This document shows, piece by piece, positions 31,697 through 42,321 of a DNA stretch of 64,000 nucleotides (position 1 is its first letter; every line of letters begins with the position of its first letter). The notes under the pieces are model-generated. The model made no database searches and was not told the DNA's origin. It saw only the letters and a program-made list of their open reading frames with translations. Origin of the DNA: an uncultured delta proteobacterium. Lineage in GTDB: Bacteria; Desulfobacterota; Desulfomonilia; Desulfomonilales; Desulfomonilaceae. The position numbers and the translations under genes are program-made. The DNA is taken from contig CAWBKB010000003.1 in NCBI GenBank assembly GCA_963789265.1, positions 160,001 through 224,000 on the forward strand, read 5' to 3'.

Positions 31697-32453
31697 CAAT
31701 GCAGTTGTTGACCTTTCCCGTAGGAGTTACGATAGCAACTCTGGCCACCATGGTCGGCCTGGGAGGCGGAGTACTTTCGGGTACCTTACCTGGTTTTAGT
31801 GGCTGGACTCAAACCTGCGGTCGCCATAATGACGTCTCTGGTGATTCAGATTGCCGGCATGGCGTCAGGAGGTGTTTCTACCATACGGCAACAAAAAACC
31901 GATTTAAAACTGGCGCTCATGTTGGCGGCGGCGGCATTTCCCGGGCTTGCTTTCGGCGTGTGGTTGCAAGGAGAGGTGAACTCCCAGTCGCTGATCTTTC
32001 TGGTGGGCCTGGCTTGTATGGCCTGCGGTTTGGCCTTCGTGCTTGCGAGAGAGGATTACCAATTGCTATCCGGGAGAGAAGTCTCACTGCGTGCTGTGGT
32101 TCCGTATTTATGGACACCGGCCACTCTTTCGGTGCTCACTGGGCTCCTTTCGGTGGGTGTAGGCGATTTTCTCGTACCGATCCTGAGAAGCCGTCTCAAA
32201 TTAAAAATGGACGCAGCTATTGGAGCCTGCCTTATCGTGATGACGGTAAATGCTATTGCCGCATTCTTACTATACATGGCGGCAGGAAGGTTGTTTTCCG
32301 GACCGACCGCCTTGTTAGGTGCTATGGGAGCGTTGTTAGGAGGACAGATCGGACCGCGGATTGCCGACAGGATCCCAGAACCAGACTTTGAAGGAGATTT
32401 TTATTTACGGACTCTCGCTCATTGGAATACATGTCCTCTTTAATGCCTTCTAG
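31693..32453 (+). CDS. sulfite exporter TauE/SafE family (apparent indels ~31778, ~32379)
   Basis: ATMVGLGGG..VP.L, AIMTSL, GLLSVGVGDFLVP, GGQIGP; ATGA overlap with the HAMP gene. Confidence 0.85.
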
Positions 32454-34920
32454 ACCGGAGGTAAGCTGCTCGAGTGACGGGCTCACCGCCCAGCGCGTTC
32501 AGTGCACATTCCGGCAGCGCCTCCTGGAACAAAGGTAGAATCGGCTGCTTGGACAACGTTCCAGAGCAGTGATTCCCGAGTTCGCCTGACAGTGCAATTC
32601 TAATGGCATCCCCTACTTCTCCCACGAAGTGCAAGGTCATCCCGTCCTTTACATAATCAGGCAGGTCTCTGAGGTGGGCCTCATTCCTTTTCGGCAGGAT
32701 TACCTCGCGGACTCCTGCACGTCTTGCAGCCAGCAATTTCTCTTTGACTCCTCCGATGGGCAAGACTCGCCCTCTGAGAGTTAGCTCGCCGGTCATAGCC
32801 ACATCTCTGCGCACGGGGATTCCGCTGAAGAATGATGCCAATGCCACGGCAATGGTTACCCCGGCGGACGGTCCGTCTTTGGGAATGGCACCGGCCGGCA
32901 CATGTATGTGTAAATCTGTCTGTGACAACAGTTGCTCGTCTAATCCATACACTGAACATGTACTTCGCAAATAGCTCAAAGCGGCTCGCGCAGATTCCTG
33001 CATCACATCACCCAGGCAGCCGGTCATGGTAAGTTCCTTCTGACCCTTGAACCCGGTCACCTCGATGAAGATGATGTCACCGCCGGTCTCCGTCCATGCC
33101 AAGCCCGTAGCAATCCCTACCTGATCCTCCTCTTCGGCCAAGTCGAAAAAGTATTTCGCCGGCCCAAGCAATTCTTCCACCGTCTCTGGAAATATCTCTT
33201 CGCGCAAAGGTTTTTCTTCGGTGATCTCACGTGCGATTTTTCGGCATATAGACCCTATCTCGCGTTCAAGATTGCGCACTCCTGCCTCACGAGTAAAAGC
33301 TCGCACAATCAAACGGATCGCTTCAGGGTTGAATTGAATAGGGTATCCCCGAATCCCGTTTTCATCCATAGCCTTGTTGATGAGGAAGAATTCCGAGATC
33401 TTTTCCTTTTCTTCATCTGTGTAACCGGAAATGCGAATAACTTCCATTCGGTCACGCAGAGGAGCCGGAATAGGATCGAGCTGGTTCGCCGTAGCAATGA
33501 ACAAGACACTGCTCAGATCAAAGGAGAGGTCCAGATAATGATCTCCAAACGCGTTGTTCTGTTCGGGATCCAGGACCTCAAGCAGGGCGCAAGCTGGGTC
33601 GCCTCTGAAATCCTGGCCGATCTTGTCCACTTCATCCAGCATGAAGACAGGATTATTAGTTCCGGCCCTACGGATTTCCTGGATGATCCTGCCGGGCATC
33701 GCGCCTATGTAAGTTCTTCGATGACCTCTGATCTCGGCTTCGTCGCGCATGCCACCCAGTGAGATCCGGATGAATTTTCTACCGAGTGCTCTAGCTACGG
33801 ATCTTCCCAGAGAGGTTTTGCCGACTCCCGGTGGACCCACAAAACAGAGTATTGGGCCTTTATTGCTTTCTTTGAGTTTTCGGACTGCAAGGAACTCTAA
33901 AATACGATCTTTCACCTCAACGAGGCTATAGTGGTCTTCATTGAGTATCCGCTGAGCTCTGCCGATATCCAGGTTGTCCTGCGTTGCAACATTCCAGGGT
34001 AAGCCGGTTAGAACCTCAAGATAGGTCCTTGATACAACGTATTCCGGCGAATGTGGCGGAATCCGCTCCAGACGTTGAAGTTCCCTGGTTGCCACTTCCA
34101 TGGCATCGTCCGACATCCCCGAGTTGCGTATCTTCTCTTGAAACTCCTTGATTTCGGAGCCATGCGCGTCATCAACCGACCCAAGGTCCTTTTGCATGGC
34201 GCGCATTTGCTGGCGAAGGCCCATTTCTCTCTGGCGCCGTGTCGAAGAAGACCCGTGGACAGCTTCGTTTGATGCTTGAAGCTTGGGTTGAAGGGCCTGA
34301 GTATCAGTTTGTAGATGTGCAAAAACTTTCTTTAGCCTTGCCAGAGGGTCATCGATCTCCAGGAGGCCTTGTTTGGCCTCGGCCTTCAACGGCAAATAGA
34401 CTGCTATGAGATCCGCGAGCTTTCCGGGATCATCCGCACGTTCAATCATTGAGATGGCGTGGTCGGTAATGGGTCTGTCGAGGCTCAGTGTCAATTTGAA
34501 CAGCGCCGCTACACTGTGGATAAGGGTATCCATCAGTTCTTGAGGTTCGCACTCTTCTTCGACGGGGCTTATTTCGCCCATGAGATACGGTTCATACTGG
34601 ATCTGCCTCACCAGACGTACGCGGCAGATGCCGTCCGCGATGGCTTTGACACCTCCGCTTTCCAGCCGAACTACCTGGTGGATACGAGCCAGTGTTCCGA
34701 CCATTGAGATCTCTTCACCGGGCGAGTTCAGGCGATTGCGGGCTTTCTGGTAGAAGAGACCTACAAGATTGTCTCCTCCCACAACGGATTCGGCCAACTT
34801 CACCACTCGTGATCCTTTTAGGAAGAGCGGTATCATCACGTTGGGAAAAACAACCATATCCCTCAACGGAAGAATAGGGACAACCGTAGGAAAGTCGTCC
34901 ACCAACTTGGATGATTTCAT
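32440..34920 (-). CDS. lon: Lon protease
   Basis: LPLRDMVVFP, GPPGVGKTS, HRRTYIGAMPG, PKDGPSAG, PIGGVKEK. Confidence 0.97.
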   Translation of the reverse strand: MKSSKLVDDFPTVVPILPLRDMVVFPNVMIPLFLKGSRVVKLAESVVGGDNLVGLFYQKARNRLNSPGEEISMVGTLARIHQVVRLESGGVKAIADGICRVRLVRQIQYEPYLMGEISPVEEECEPQELMDTLIHSVAALFKLTLSLDRPITDHAISMIERADDPGKLADLIAVYLPLKAEAKQGLLEIDDPLARLKKVFAHLQTDTQALQPKLQASNEAVHGSSSTRRQREMGLRQQMRAMQKDLGSVDDAHGSEIKEFQEKIRNSGMSDDAMEVATRELQRLERIPPHSPEYVVSRTYLEVLTGLPWNVATQDNLDIGRAQRILNEDHYSLVEVKDRILEFLAVRKLKESNKGPILCFVGPPGVGKTSLGRSVARALGRKFIRISLGGMRDEAEIRGHRRTYIGAMPGRIIQEIRRAGTNNPVFMLDEVDKIGQDFRGDPACALLEVLDPEQNNAFGDHYLDLSFDLSSVLFIATANQLDPIPAPLRDRMEVIRISGYTDEEKEKISEFFLINKAMDENGIRGYPIQFNPEAIRLIVRAFTREAGVRNLEREIGSICRKIAREITEEKPLREEIFPETVEELLGPAKYFFDLAEEEDQVGIATGLAWTETGGDIIFIEVTGFKGQKELTMTGCLGDVMQESARAALSYLRSTCSVYGLDEQLLSQTDLHIHVPAGAIPKDGPSAGVTIAVALASFFSGIPVRRDVAMTGELTLRGRVLPIGGVKEKLLAARRAGVREVILPKRNEAHLRDLPDYVKDGMTLHFVGEVGDAIRIALSGELGNHCSGTLSKQPILPLFQEALPECALNALGGEPVTRAAYLRSRRH

Positions 34921-34985
34921 GGCAGCGTCACACCCATCCCTGAATAATGGAACAGAGGTTTATTCTTCGCAGATTGTTGCGTGCT

Positions 34986-35014
34986 AACATACCTGATTTC
35001 CACGTAAAAGTCAA
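34986..35014 (-). promoter_or_regulatory. putative sigma70 promoter of lon
   Basis: minus strand TTGACT-N17-TATGTT. Confidence 0.45.
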
Positions 35015-35252
35015 GATTGGATGCAAAATGTGAAGCGGAACCATATTTCGCGACAATTTCTCCTCACAAAATCAACATAATTTTGAAAAGCAAAATCAAC
35101 TTCTTCCAATTAGTTTCGCGTCAAAGCATTTAAGCTTTAGAGCAGCGGTCCCACGGGTCGCGGTACGCCCCCCGCCGGATTCCGGAAAAGATAAACGGCA
35201 CAAACGTTCTGCGGACCGAACCTGTATGATAGCGGATTGGCGGGCCTTTGTT

Positions 35253-35604
35253 GGTGGGGCAATCCCGCGAGGCGCGGGACAGCTTGTCATTGATGGACGG
35301 GCAGGATGCCCGTCGCCACCGAATTAATACCGATTCGCTTTCAAACAAATGACACCGTGTTTCCGGTAGGGGCGAGTTTCAAACCCGCCCTTACATGTTG
35401 TCATGCCCGCGTACGCGGGCATCAATTGTAGGGGCAGACCTATGTGTCTGCCCTGGGCGGACACGCGGGTCCGCCCCTACATAGCCCGGACAGAAGTTCG
35501 GGGTGATCCCGCGGAACGCGGGACAGGCAGTCCGGCACTCCACGCGGGATGTCCCACTATATCCTCGCGGGGATTGCCACTTGTTTGACGGCGCACTGGT
35601 ATTA
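35253..35604. repeat. REP pair plus composite element (inverted copy of 9319-9598)
   Basis: AATACCGATTCGCTTTCAAAC ... REP doublet ... TTGTTTGACGGCGCACTGGTATTA. Confidence 0.9.
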
Positions 35605-35690
35605 TACACCTATCCCCAATCCGTTGTTCTCGTTCCCAGGCAGAGCCTGTGAACCAGAAAACATTAGGATCGACAATCCGTTTGTTACGG

Positions 35691-37670
35691 TCAGGTGATT
35701 AATATCTTCTCAGGCAATCTCGTGGATTGATCCAGGTTGCGGGCCAGAGAATTCCAGATCTGCTGGAGCCGGCCGTCGCGAAAGAGCACCTCTTCAGGAC
35801 TATTACGGTGAACCCTGTGGAGGGCCTTCAAGGTTCTTTCATAAGTGTCGCCGATTTCACATAACGGGCTTGAGATCAGCAGCGGCACTTCGGTATCGTC
35901 CACTTCTTCTTCCTGCAGCCAGTCTACCTCCCACACCACTGAAGCCGCCGATAGACACTCGGCCGAAATTCGTTCCCGTTCCCTGCCCCCTCTCGGATCG
36001 GGGAGCACAACCACGAAGTTGATTGAGACAACTTCCCCCTCCTGATGGAGCGGATAATACGAACGGTTCAAGAAGAGCCCGGGGTGAGCCGCTCTCTCAA
36101 TCGCTTTTTCAAAAAACGTTGATGGCGGAACCGTCTTGAAATCAAGCACCAGATGGAGAACCGTGTGCGGGTTCGCCTCGCTGAACTCATGAAGCATTGT
36201 GAGCATGGCTTCCTCTCGGTAGCCGCCTCTTAACCACATCACAAAGGGATCCGTGGCCTTTTGGATGACCTTGGTCAAAATCCGCTGCCACACTGTGTGC
36301 GACGGATCGACTATCCACTTACTCACATACGTAGCCTGATCAAGTGTGCCGAGCAAGCCGGGTCCGGATTCCACGAGCGACGGCGGGGCAATGTAGTCGA
36401 GTTCCATCTCGAAAACTTGCTCACAGCTCAACAAGGCCGGCCGAAACTCTTCCTTCGGGAAACTTGGCGTGGAGTGCACGTAGTAAGGAGGACGCGAATC
36501 GTGTATCAGGCCGAGGCTTGACGCTCGGGCTCTGAAATCGGTACCCGGGAGGACCGAAAGCATGAACGGATGAACTACTGAATAAGCTTGAGTTTGTCGC
36601 ACCCATTCCTGCGTGCGCGAAAATCCGGCTGGAGTGTCCCCGGGCAGACCGAGGATAATCCCCGTTGTGACCTCGATTTCCGCCTCCTTGAGCCACTTTA
36701 TGCCACGTTCAATCTTGTGGAGGTCCATCTCACGCCCCGCTACGCGCAGAGCTTCAGGGTTGACGCTCTGAAGCCCCACCTCTGCACTTACAAGGCCGGC
36801 TTCTCTCAGGAGCCGAACGTCATCCGAAATCAATGTATCCGCCCGCAATTCCGCGTGGAGCCTCAAGTCATTTCGGCTTCTGCGGCCGACCATGGACTTG
36901 AGCAGGTCACGAAATCCCGGCTGTCCGTTAAAGGTGGGATCCATCAGATAAATCTCTCTTACACCGGAATCCGGGCCGTATATGAGATCAAGCACTTGTT
37001 CTATGGATGCCGGGGGGTGGCGCCTGATCCCCTGAAACGCCTTGTGGTAATAACAGTAGCGACAGCGAAACGGACACCCTCTGACTGTTTCCAGAAAAAT
37101 CGTGCCGTCCCGGGAAGGGCCGATTCGACCATGAATATAAGGATACGGACAGGATGCGAGATCCCAGGGCGGCGCAGCTTGTTGATTCATGTAGATCTTG
37201 CCGGAATCCTTGAAAAAGACCCCGGGAATGACCAAGGGGCTTTGCTCTGACGTCAGCGCGTCCAGCAACAATCCGATCCTGGATTCTCCTTCACCAAAAA
37301 CCCCCGCATCTATTGCCGGGTGTTCCAGGACCCACGTATTGTCAGGAGTCACCTCAGGTCCGCCCACGACCACCAGAGTTGACGGCAAATGCCTCTTCAC
37401 GTTTGACGCGACAAACAAACTCCTTTCCGCGTTCCACACGTAAATCGTCATGGCGACCACATCGGGGCGCATGTCGGCAATGGTCCTGGCGAGACCCTGA
37501 TCCGCGAATGTGTCCACGACTTCGGAGCCAACGATTTGTGCCCGGATGTCACTTGGGCCCATGGCCTCCAACGCTGCCACTATAAATCCCGCGGCCAAAG
37601 GAATGTTTGTAGGTGGTTCCTCGAAGCAGAAACGAGGCGGCGGTAACTGCAAAAAAAGGGCTGATTTCAT
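35691..37670 (-). CDS. B12-binding radical SAM protein
   Basis: VVGGPE, GEGE, RGCPFRCRYC, EVGLQS, ILGLPGDT. Confidence 0.92.
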   Translation of the reverse strand: MKSALFLQLPPPRFCFEEPPTNIPLAAGFIVAALEAMGPSDIRAQIVGSEVVDTFADQGLARTIADMRPDVVAMTIYVWNAERSLFVASNVKRHLPSTLVVVGGPEVTPDNTWVLEHPAIDAGVFGEGESRIGLLLDALTSEQSPLVIPGVFFKDSGKIYMNQQAAPPWDLASCPYPYIHGRIGPSRDGTIFLETVRGCPFRCRYCYYHKAFQGIRRHPPASIEQVLDLIYGPDSGVREIYLMDPTFNGQPGFRDLLKSMVGRRSRNDLRLHAELRADTLISDDVRLLREAGLVSAEVGLQSVNPEALRVAGREMDLHKIERGIKWLKEAEIEVTTGIILGLPGDTPAGFSRTQEWVRQTQAYSVVHPFMLSVLPGTDFRARASSLGLIHDSRPPYYVHSTPSFPKEEFRPALLSCEQVFEMELDYIAPPSLVESGPGLLGTLDQATYVSKWIVDPSHTVWQRILTKVIQKATDPFVMWLRGGYREEAMLTMLHEFSEANPHTVLHLVLDFKTVPPSTFFEKAIERAAHPGLFLNRSYYPLHQEGEVVSINFVVVLPDPRGGRERERISAECLSAASVVWEVDWLQEEEVDDTEVPLLISSPLCEIGDTYERTLKALHRVHRNSPEEVLFRDGRLQQIWNSLARNLDQSTRLPEKILIT

Positions 37671-37815
37671 CCTTCAAATCTAAATCAGAGCGTTTCGAAA
37701 CTCAACACGGGCCTTATAGAGTATGTCTTGAATACATTCCCGTCTGGTGTATTTTTAAGTTAAGAATGGCAGGCTCCTTCAGTGGCGCCTGCGGGTCGAT
37801 TGACGGGAGAAATCC

Positions 37816-39333
37816 ATGCAAGCCCGATGCGAATACTCGAAACTTTCCGTGCCTAACGACCGTTTATATGTGCCCGTAGCGGTCGCGTATGCAGCGGAAA
37901 TTTCAAAAAAGCTGGGATTTGAAGACAGCCAACGAATGGAAATTGGTTTGGCAGTGGACGAAGTGATCAACAGTGTGATGGAATACGCATTCGAACCTGG
38001 TGATAGGCAGGCTTTTGAGATCTCCTGTGAACGTATCCCGGTCGGTCTGCAGCTCATTATCAAAGAAAAGGGCATGCCATTTGATCCATCGCGCATACCC
38101 GCGTTCCAACCCAAAACGCAAGATGGCCGGAAGACCGGACGAAAGGCCGAAATCCCTTTGCTAAGAGACCTTGTAGACGAGTTCTCGGTTCATAATCTTG
38201 GGCCGGACGGACAGGAAATTCATCTCGTAAAGTACCTCAGGAACAAAAGTATTCAAGATTATTTCCAGGCCTGTGAACTGGAGCAATTTCAAAGGCCGCC
38301 GAAGAAGCGAGACCGCGTAGCAAGGCCTGTAGAGTTCGACGTCCACCTGCTGAAACCCTCGGAGGCTGTTGAAGTTTCCAGGGCCACGTACAAGGCTTAT
38401 GAGTACACGTACTCCAACGCGCACATTTACTATCCGGAACGCATTGTGGAGCTGAACGAAAGTGGACAAATTATATCCGCGACAGCAGTGACTCCGGATG
38501 GGGAACTCGCAGGACACTGTGCCATTTTTCACTCAAACTACGGATCTCAAAGCGCTGAAATCGGCCAGGCCGTAGTGAAACCCGAATTTCGAGGCCAAGG
38601 GTGCCTGTTGCGCCTCACGGAATTCCTTATAAACGAAGCGAAATCCCGCGGGTTGACCGGCCTGTATGTCCGGGCCGTAACCAGTCACACCTTTTCTCAG
38701 CGAGTGACCACACGGCTCGGCTTTACTGCTTGCGCAATAATATTGGGTTACGCTCCGGCAACCATTATTTTTAGAGATATAGAAGAAGACCTATCCCAGC
38801 GTGAAACTTTCGTGGTGCAACACAAGTATCTCGAAACTCCGGCCCCTATAAGACTTTATCCTCCTTCTAAGCACAAAGAGTGGATTCAGAAGCTCTACGG
38901 TAGTCTAGGCGCTTCGCCCCGGTTTGAGTCCTCCGATGCACATGCTGCGCCATTCCGGCAATCAGATTCCATTTTGAGGGCCAGGACGGGTGGTTCAATG
39001 CCGCCGGGCTACGCCTCAATAGAGGTATTGCGATACGGGAAAAACATCGTTTCGGAGGTAAGAACTGTTCTCAGGGAATTTCGCCTGAAACATTACGACG
39101 TTATTTCGTTATATGTAGATCTCCGAGACCCCCTTAGCTTTGATTTAGTCCCTGAATTCGAGAATCTCGGCTTTTTCGTCGGCGGGATACTGCCGGGAGC
39201 GTCGGTGGGGGAAGCTTTGCTATTGCAATGTCTCAATAACGTTGAAATAGATTATGACAAGATCAAGCTGCATCCAGAGACAAGTCGTGAACTATTATCT
39301 TACATCAAAAGCCAAGATCCGACTCGGCGGTAG
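37816..39333 (+). CDS. RsbW-like (HATPase_c_2) domain fused to GNAT-like acetyltransferase
   Basis: LAVDEV, GMPFDP; AEIGQAVVKPEFRGQG, AVTSHTFSQ. Confidence 0.8.
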   Translation: MQARCEYSKLSVPNDRLYVPVAVAYAAEISKKLGFEDSQRMEIGLAVDEVINSVMEYAFEPGDRQAFEISCERIPVGLQLIIKEKGMPFDPSRIPAFQPKTQDGRKTGRKAEIPLLRDLVDEFSVHNLGPDGQEIHLVKYLRNKSIQDYFQACELEQFQRPPKKRDRVARPVEFDVHLLKPSEAVEVSRATYKAYEYTYSNAHIYYPERIVELNESGQIISATAVTPDGELAGHCAIFHSNYGSQSAEIGQAVVKPEFRGQGCLLRLTEFLINEAKSRGLTGLYVRAVTSHTFSQRVTTRLGFTACAIILGYAPATIIFRDIEEDLSQRETFVVQHKYLETPAPIRLYPPSKHKEWIQKLYGSLGASPRFESSDAHAAPFRQSDSILRARTGGSMPPGYASIEVLRYGKNIVSEVRTVLREFRLKHYDVISLYVDLRDPLSFDLVPEFENLGFFVGGILPGASVGEALLLQCLNNVEIDYDKIKLHPETSRELLSYIKSQDPTRR

Positions 39334-40061
39334 CAATCTTGGGGCCTTTGATCCGGTTTTACTATCAATCATAACGGAGGAACGAAATGGATGTGAAGGT
39401 TTTCGGTGTGGTAGGAGCAGGTCAAATGGGGAATGGAATCGCCCACGTAGCCGCGGCGTCCGGCCTCAAAGTCATAATGAATGATGTCAAAGATGAGTTC
39501 GTGGATAAAGGCCTCCAGACTATCGAAAATAACCTAGGCCGTGCAGTTTCCAAGGGCAAAATGACCCAGGAAGAGAAGGCCCTGATCCTGGAACGAATAA
39601 GTGGTAGCACAGAGCTGGCTGACTTCAAGGAAGCGGATTTCGTCGTGGAAGCGGTCCTCGAAGATTTCGAGCTGAAGAAGAGCGTTTTCCACACCCTTGA
39701 CGAGATCGTTCCCTCCAGAGGGATACTGGCGAGCAATACTTCTTCCATTTCCATCACCAAGCTCGCAGCATCTACAAGAAGACCTGAAAAATTCATCGGC
39801 ATGCACTTCATGAACCCGGTTCCGGTCATGAAACTGGTGGAAATCATTAACGGTCTCGCGACGGAACCGGGAGCTACCGCGATCACAGTGGAACTAGCCA
39901 AGAAATTTGGGAAGGTCCCGGTTGAAGCTCGGGACTTCCCGGGATTCATCTCGAATCGTGTTCTGATGCCTATGATCAACGAGGCTGTGTATGCTCTGTT
40001 CGAGGGGGTTGGGACCCCTGAAGCCATTGACGAAGTCATGAAATTGGGCATGAACCACCCC

Positions 40062-41910
40062 CCTTGATTGCGCATCAAAAAAAGTGAAAAACCTCGTTGT
40101 TCTTGAGGAATCAAGAGGATAGAATCCGGTTTGCAACAAGGATCTATCACCAACGAGGTGAAGTGATTATGGCACAAGGCATTTTCCCTTTCCAGTATGA
40201 GGTTGAGAAGAAGCCTGGGGGGATGACGGCGTTGGCCGGATTGCCGACATACCTGGAATTCGGGTATGTGATGGGGTTGAGCAGGGCCATAGAGAATCGG
40301 CTCAAGGTGCGATCAGGTGCCCAGGGGTGGTCTGACTCCGAGACAGTAATGGCTCTGATACTTCTGAATCTGGCGGACGGTCAAGGGATCAGCGACCTGG
40401 AGATACTGGAAGGAGACGAGGGATTTTGTCGGGTACTTCGGGAGTCAATGGGGTTTGGAAAACCGCGACAGGAGAGACGAGTCCTGAGCAAGAGGCTGCG
40501 CAAGGGGCAGAAGAGGTCGGTGCCGTCTCCTTCTTCGGCCAGCCGGTATCTGTATCAGTTTCACGATCCCGAGCAGGAGAAGCTCAGGGAGGCGGGCACT
40601 TCTTTCATACCGATGCCGACCCCCCGTTTGCGAGCGATGATGCAGGTGAACGAGGATTTTCTGGGCTCGGTGCAGAAGCGGTCTCCTCAGGAGGTAGCGA
40701 CTCTGGATCTCGATGCGACGGTGGTGGAGACGAACAAGCGAGAGGCTCTCTACTGCTACAAGGGGCACAAGGCGTATCAGCCTTTGCAGGTGTACTGGGC
40801 GGAACAGGATCTCATTGTGCACTCGGAGTTCCGAGACGGCAACGTCTGGGCCGGTAAGGACAATCTTCGCGTCTTTGAAGAGGCCTTGGGGTTCCTGCCT
40901 GCGGGGGTGTCGAAGGTATATCTGCGGTCGGATACGGCAGGATATCAGCATGAGCTGATGAGGTTCTGTGCGGAGCCGAAGAAGCTGCGTTTCGGTGTCA
41001 TCGAGTTTGCCATAGGGGCCAAGGTAACCGAATCGTTCAGGCAGGCTGTTCGCGAGGTTGAGGAGTCGGATTGGCATAGTTTGTATCGCAAGACTGAGAA
41101 TGGCTTGGTTACAAGGGGTCAAGAGTACGCGGAGGTCTGTTTCGTTCCCGATGAGCTCGCACGCAAGAAAGATGGTCCATGTTTCCGGTACCTGGCTATT
41201 CGCGAGGTTTTGGAGCAGCCGGAACTTCCGGAGATGGATGGGCAAGTTTCATTGCCGTTTCCTACCATGCATTTTGGGTCGATGAAGTACAAGGTGTTCG
41301 GGATTGTCACGAATCGTGACATTCCTGGGGACGAGCTGATTTGGTGGTACAGAGAGCGCTGCGGTAAATCTGAAGAGGCGCATTCGGTTATGAAGGAAGA
41401 TCTTGCAGGGGGCAGACTTCCTTCAGGGTATTTCGGGGTAAACGCAGCATGGTGGCACATCATGATCTTGGCTTTGAACCTGAACTCGGCGATGAAGCGC
41501 CTGGTTCTGGGAGAAACATGGGTGGGCAAGCGCATGAAGGCCATAAGGTTCTGGTTGATCAAGCTGCCGGGACGCGTGCTCAAGCGTGCTCGGATGCTGC
41601 GTGTTCGACTGGTTGGGGGGCATGCGTCGAACGAGACACTATTTGAAATGAGGAGGAGAATTCTGAGCCTTTGCGAGTCAGGCTAGAGAGCGCCGCCGAC
41701 GGGGGAAATGAGGCGCAGACGGGTGGAAATAGACTGACCGGGGGGGGTTAGTGTGCCGGAAATCCGCCCGAGCAGGGGGAATTCGGCATACGAATCGGTC
41801 CGACGTGCTACCTGGTCCGGTTCGCATGGGCGGGGGACATAACCAAGGGTAAATTTTCGGTCCAAGGGGACATCAAGAGATCCTCCGCCAAATGAGGTGG
41901 TGGATTATGG
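40062..41910 (+). mobile_element. IS1380-family insertion sequence, 1849 bp, CCCC target duplication
   Basis: Ends CCTTGATTGCGCATC / GGTGGTGGATTATGG; DR CCCC at 40058-40061 and 41911-41914; excision restores CAC CCC ATG (HPM). Confidence 0.92.
40169..41686 (+). CDS. IS1380 family DDE transposase
   Basis: TLDLDAT, YQPL, EFRDGN, LRSDTAGY, YRERCGKSEEAH..MKED, FGVNAAW; RBS GAGGTG. Confidence 0.92.
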   Translation: MAQGIFPFQYEVEKKPGGMTALAGLPTYLEFGYVMGLSRAIENRLKVRSGAQGWSDSETVMALILLNLADGQGISDLEILEGDEGFCRVLRESMGFGKPRQERRVLSKRLRKGQKRSVPSPSSASRYLYQFHDPEQEKLREAGTSFIPMPTPRLRAMMQVNEDFLGSVQKRSPQEVATLDLDATVVETNKREALYCYKGHKAYQPLQVYWAEQDLIVHSEFRDGNVWAGKDNLRVFEEALGFLPAGVSKVYLRSDTAGYQHELMRFCAEPKKLRFGVIEFAIGAKVTESFRQAVREVEESDWHSLYRKTENGLVTRGQEYAEVCFVPDELARKKDGPCFRYLAIREVLEQPELPEMDGQVSLPFPTMHFGSMKYKVFGIVTNRDIPGDELIWWYRERCGKSEEAHSVMKEDLAGGRLPSGYFGVNAAWWHIMILALNLNSAMKRLVLGETWVGKRMKAIRFWLIKLPGRVLKRARMLRVRLVGGHASNETLFEMRRRILSLCESG

Positions 41911-42105
41911 CCCCATGGGTCCCTTGACCTTGGCCGATTTTATAGGCTTGGATACGTGTTTGGCCATCATGAATGTTCTGTACGATGGGTTCGGCGATTC
42001 CAAGTATCGGCCGTGCCCGCTCCTCAGAAAGTACAGTCGACGCGGGATATTTGGGCAGGAAAAGCGGCCGCGGCTTTTATGATTATTCCGAGAAATAGGA
42101 ACGAC

Positions 42106-42272
42106 TAATACCAATGCGCCGTCAGAGACGGTGACAATCCAGGACAGGATATGGTGGGGCGGTCCCGCGGGATCGCCCCTACAGTTCCCCGCGTGCGCGG
42201 GCACGACGTCGCGTAGGGGCGGGTTTGAAACCCGCCCCTACCAGAAACCAGGTGTCACTTGCTTGAAAGCTA
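42106..42272. repeat. short composite REP element
   Basis: TAATACCAATGCGCCGTCA...GTAGGGGCGGGTTTGAAACCCGCCCCTACCAGAAAC..TCACTTGCTTGAAAGC. Confidence 0.85.
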
Positions 42273-42321
42273 AAAGATGTGATCACGTTGCCGCAGCCCC
42301 TCGGCTGCGGGTAGACTTGTC

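Larger units (their letters stand above)
39387..42098 (+). pseudogene. hbd: 3-hydroxybutyryl-CoA dehydrogenase interrupted by IS1380
   Basis: GAGQMGNG, SNTSSISIT, GMHFMNPVP..LGMNHP | [30 protein letters not shown] (extra A ~42035). Confidence 0.93.

Noticed and set aside
31106..32453. Magnetosome-associated TauE (MamO C-terminal-like)
   Set aside because: No mam/mad genes recognisable in the window
34986..35014. LiuR-like TTTACGT box in the lon promoter, with TTACGT also near the merR promoter
   Set aside because: Half-sites only, with no full palindrome
39422..41583. Long antisense ORFs (39422-40177, 40445-41245; similarly 47080-47700, 20205-20861)
   Set aside because: Shadows of well-supported genes on the opposite strand
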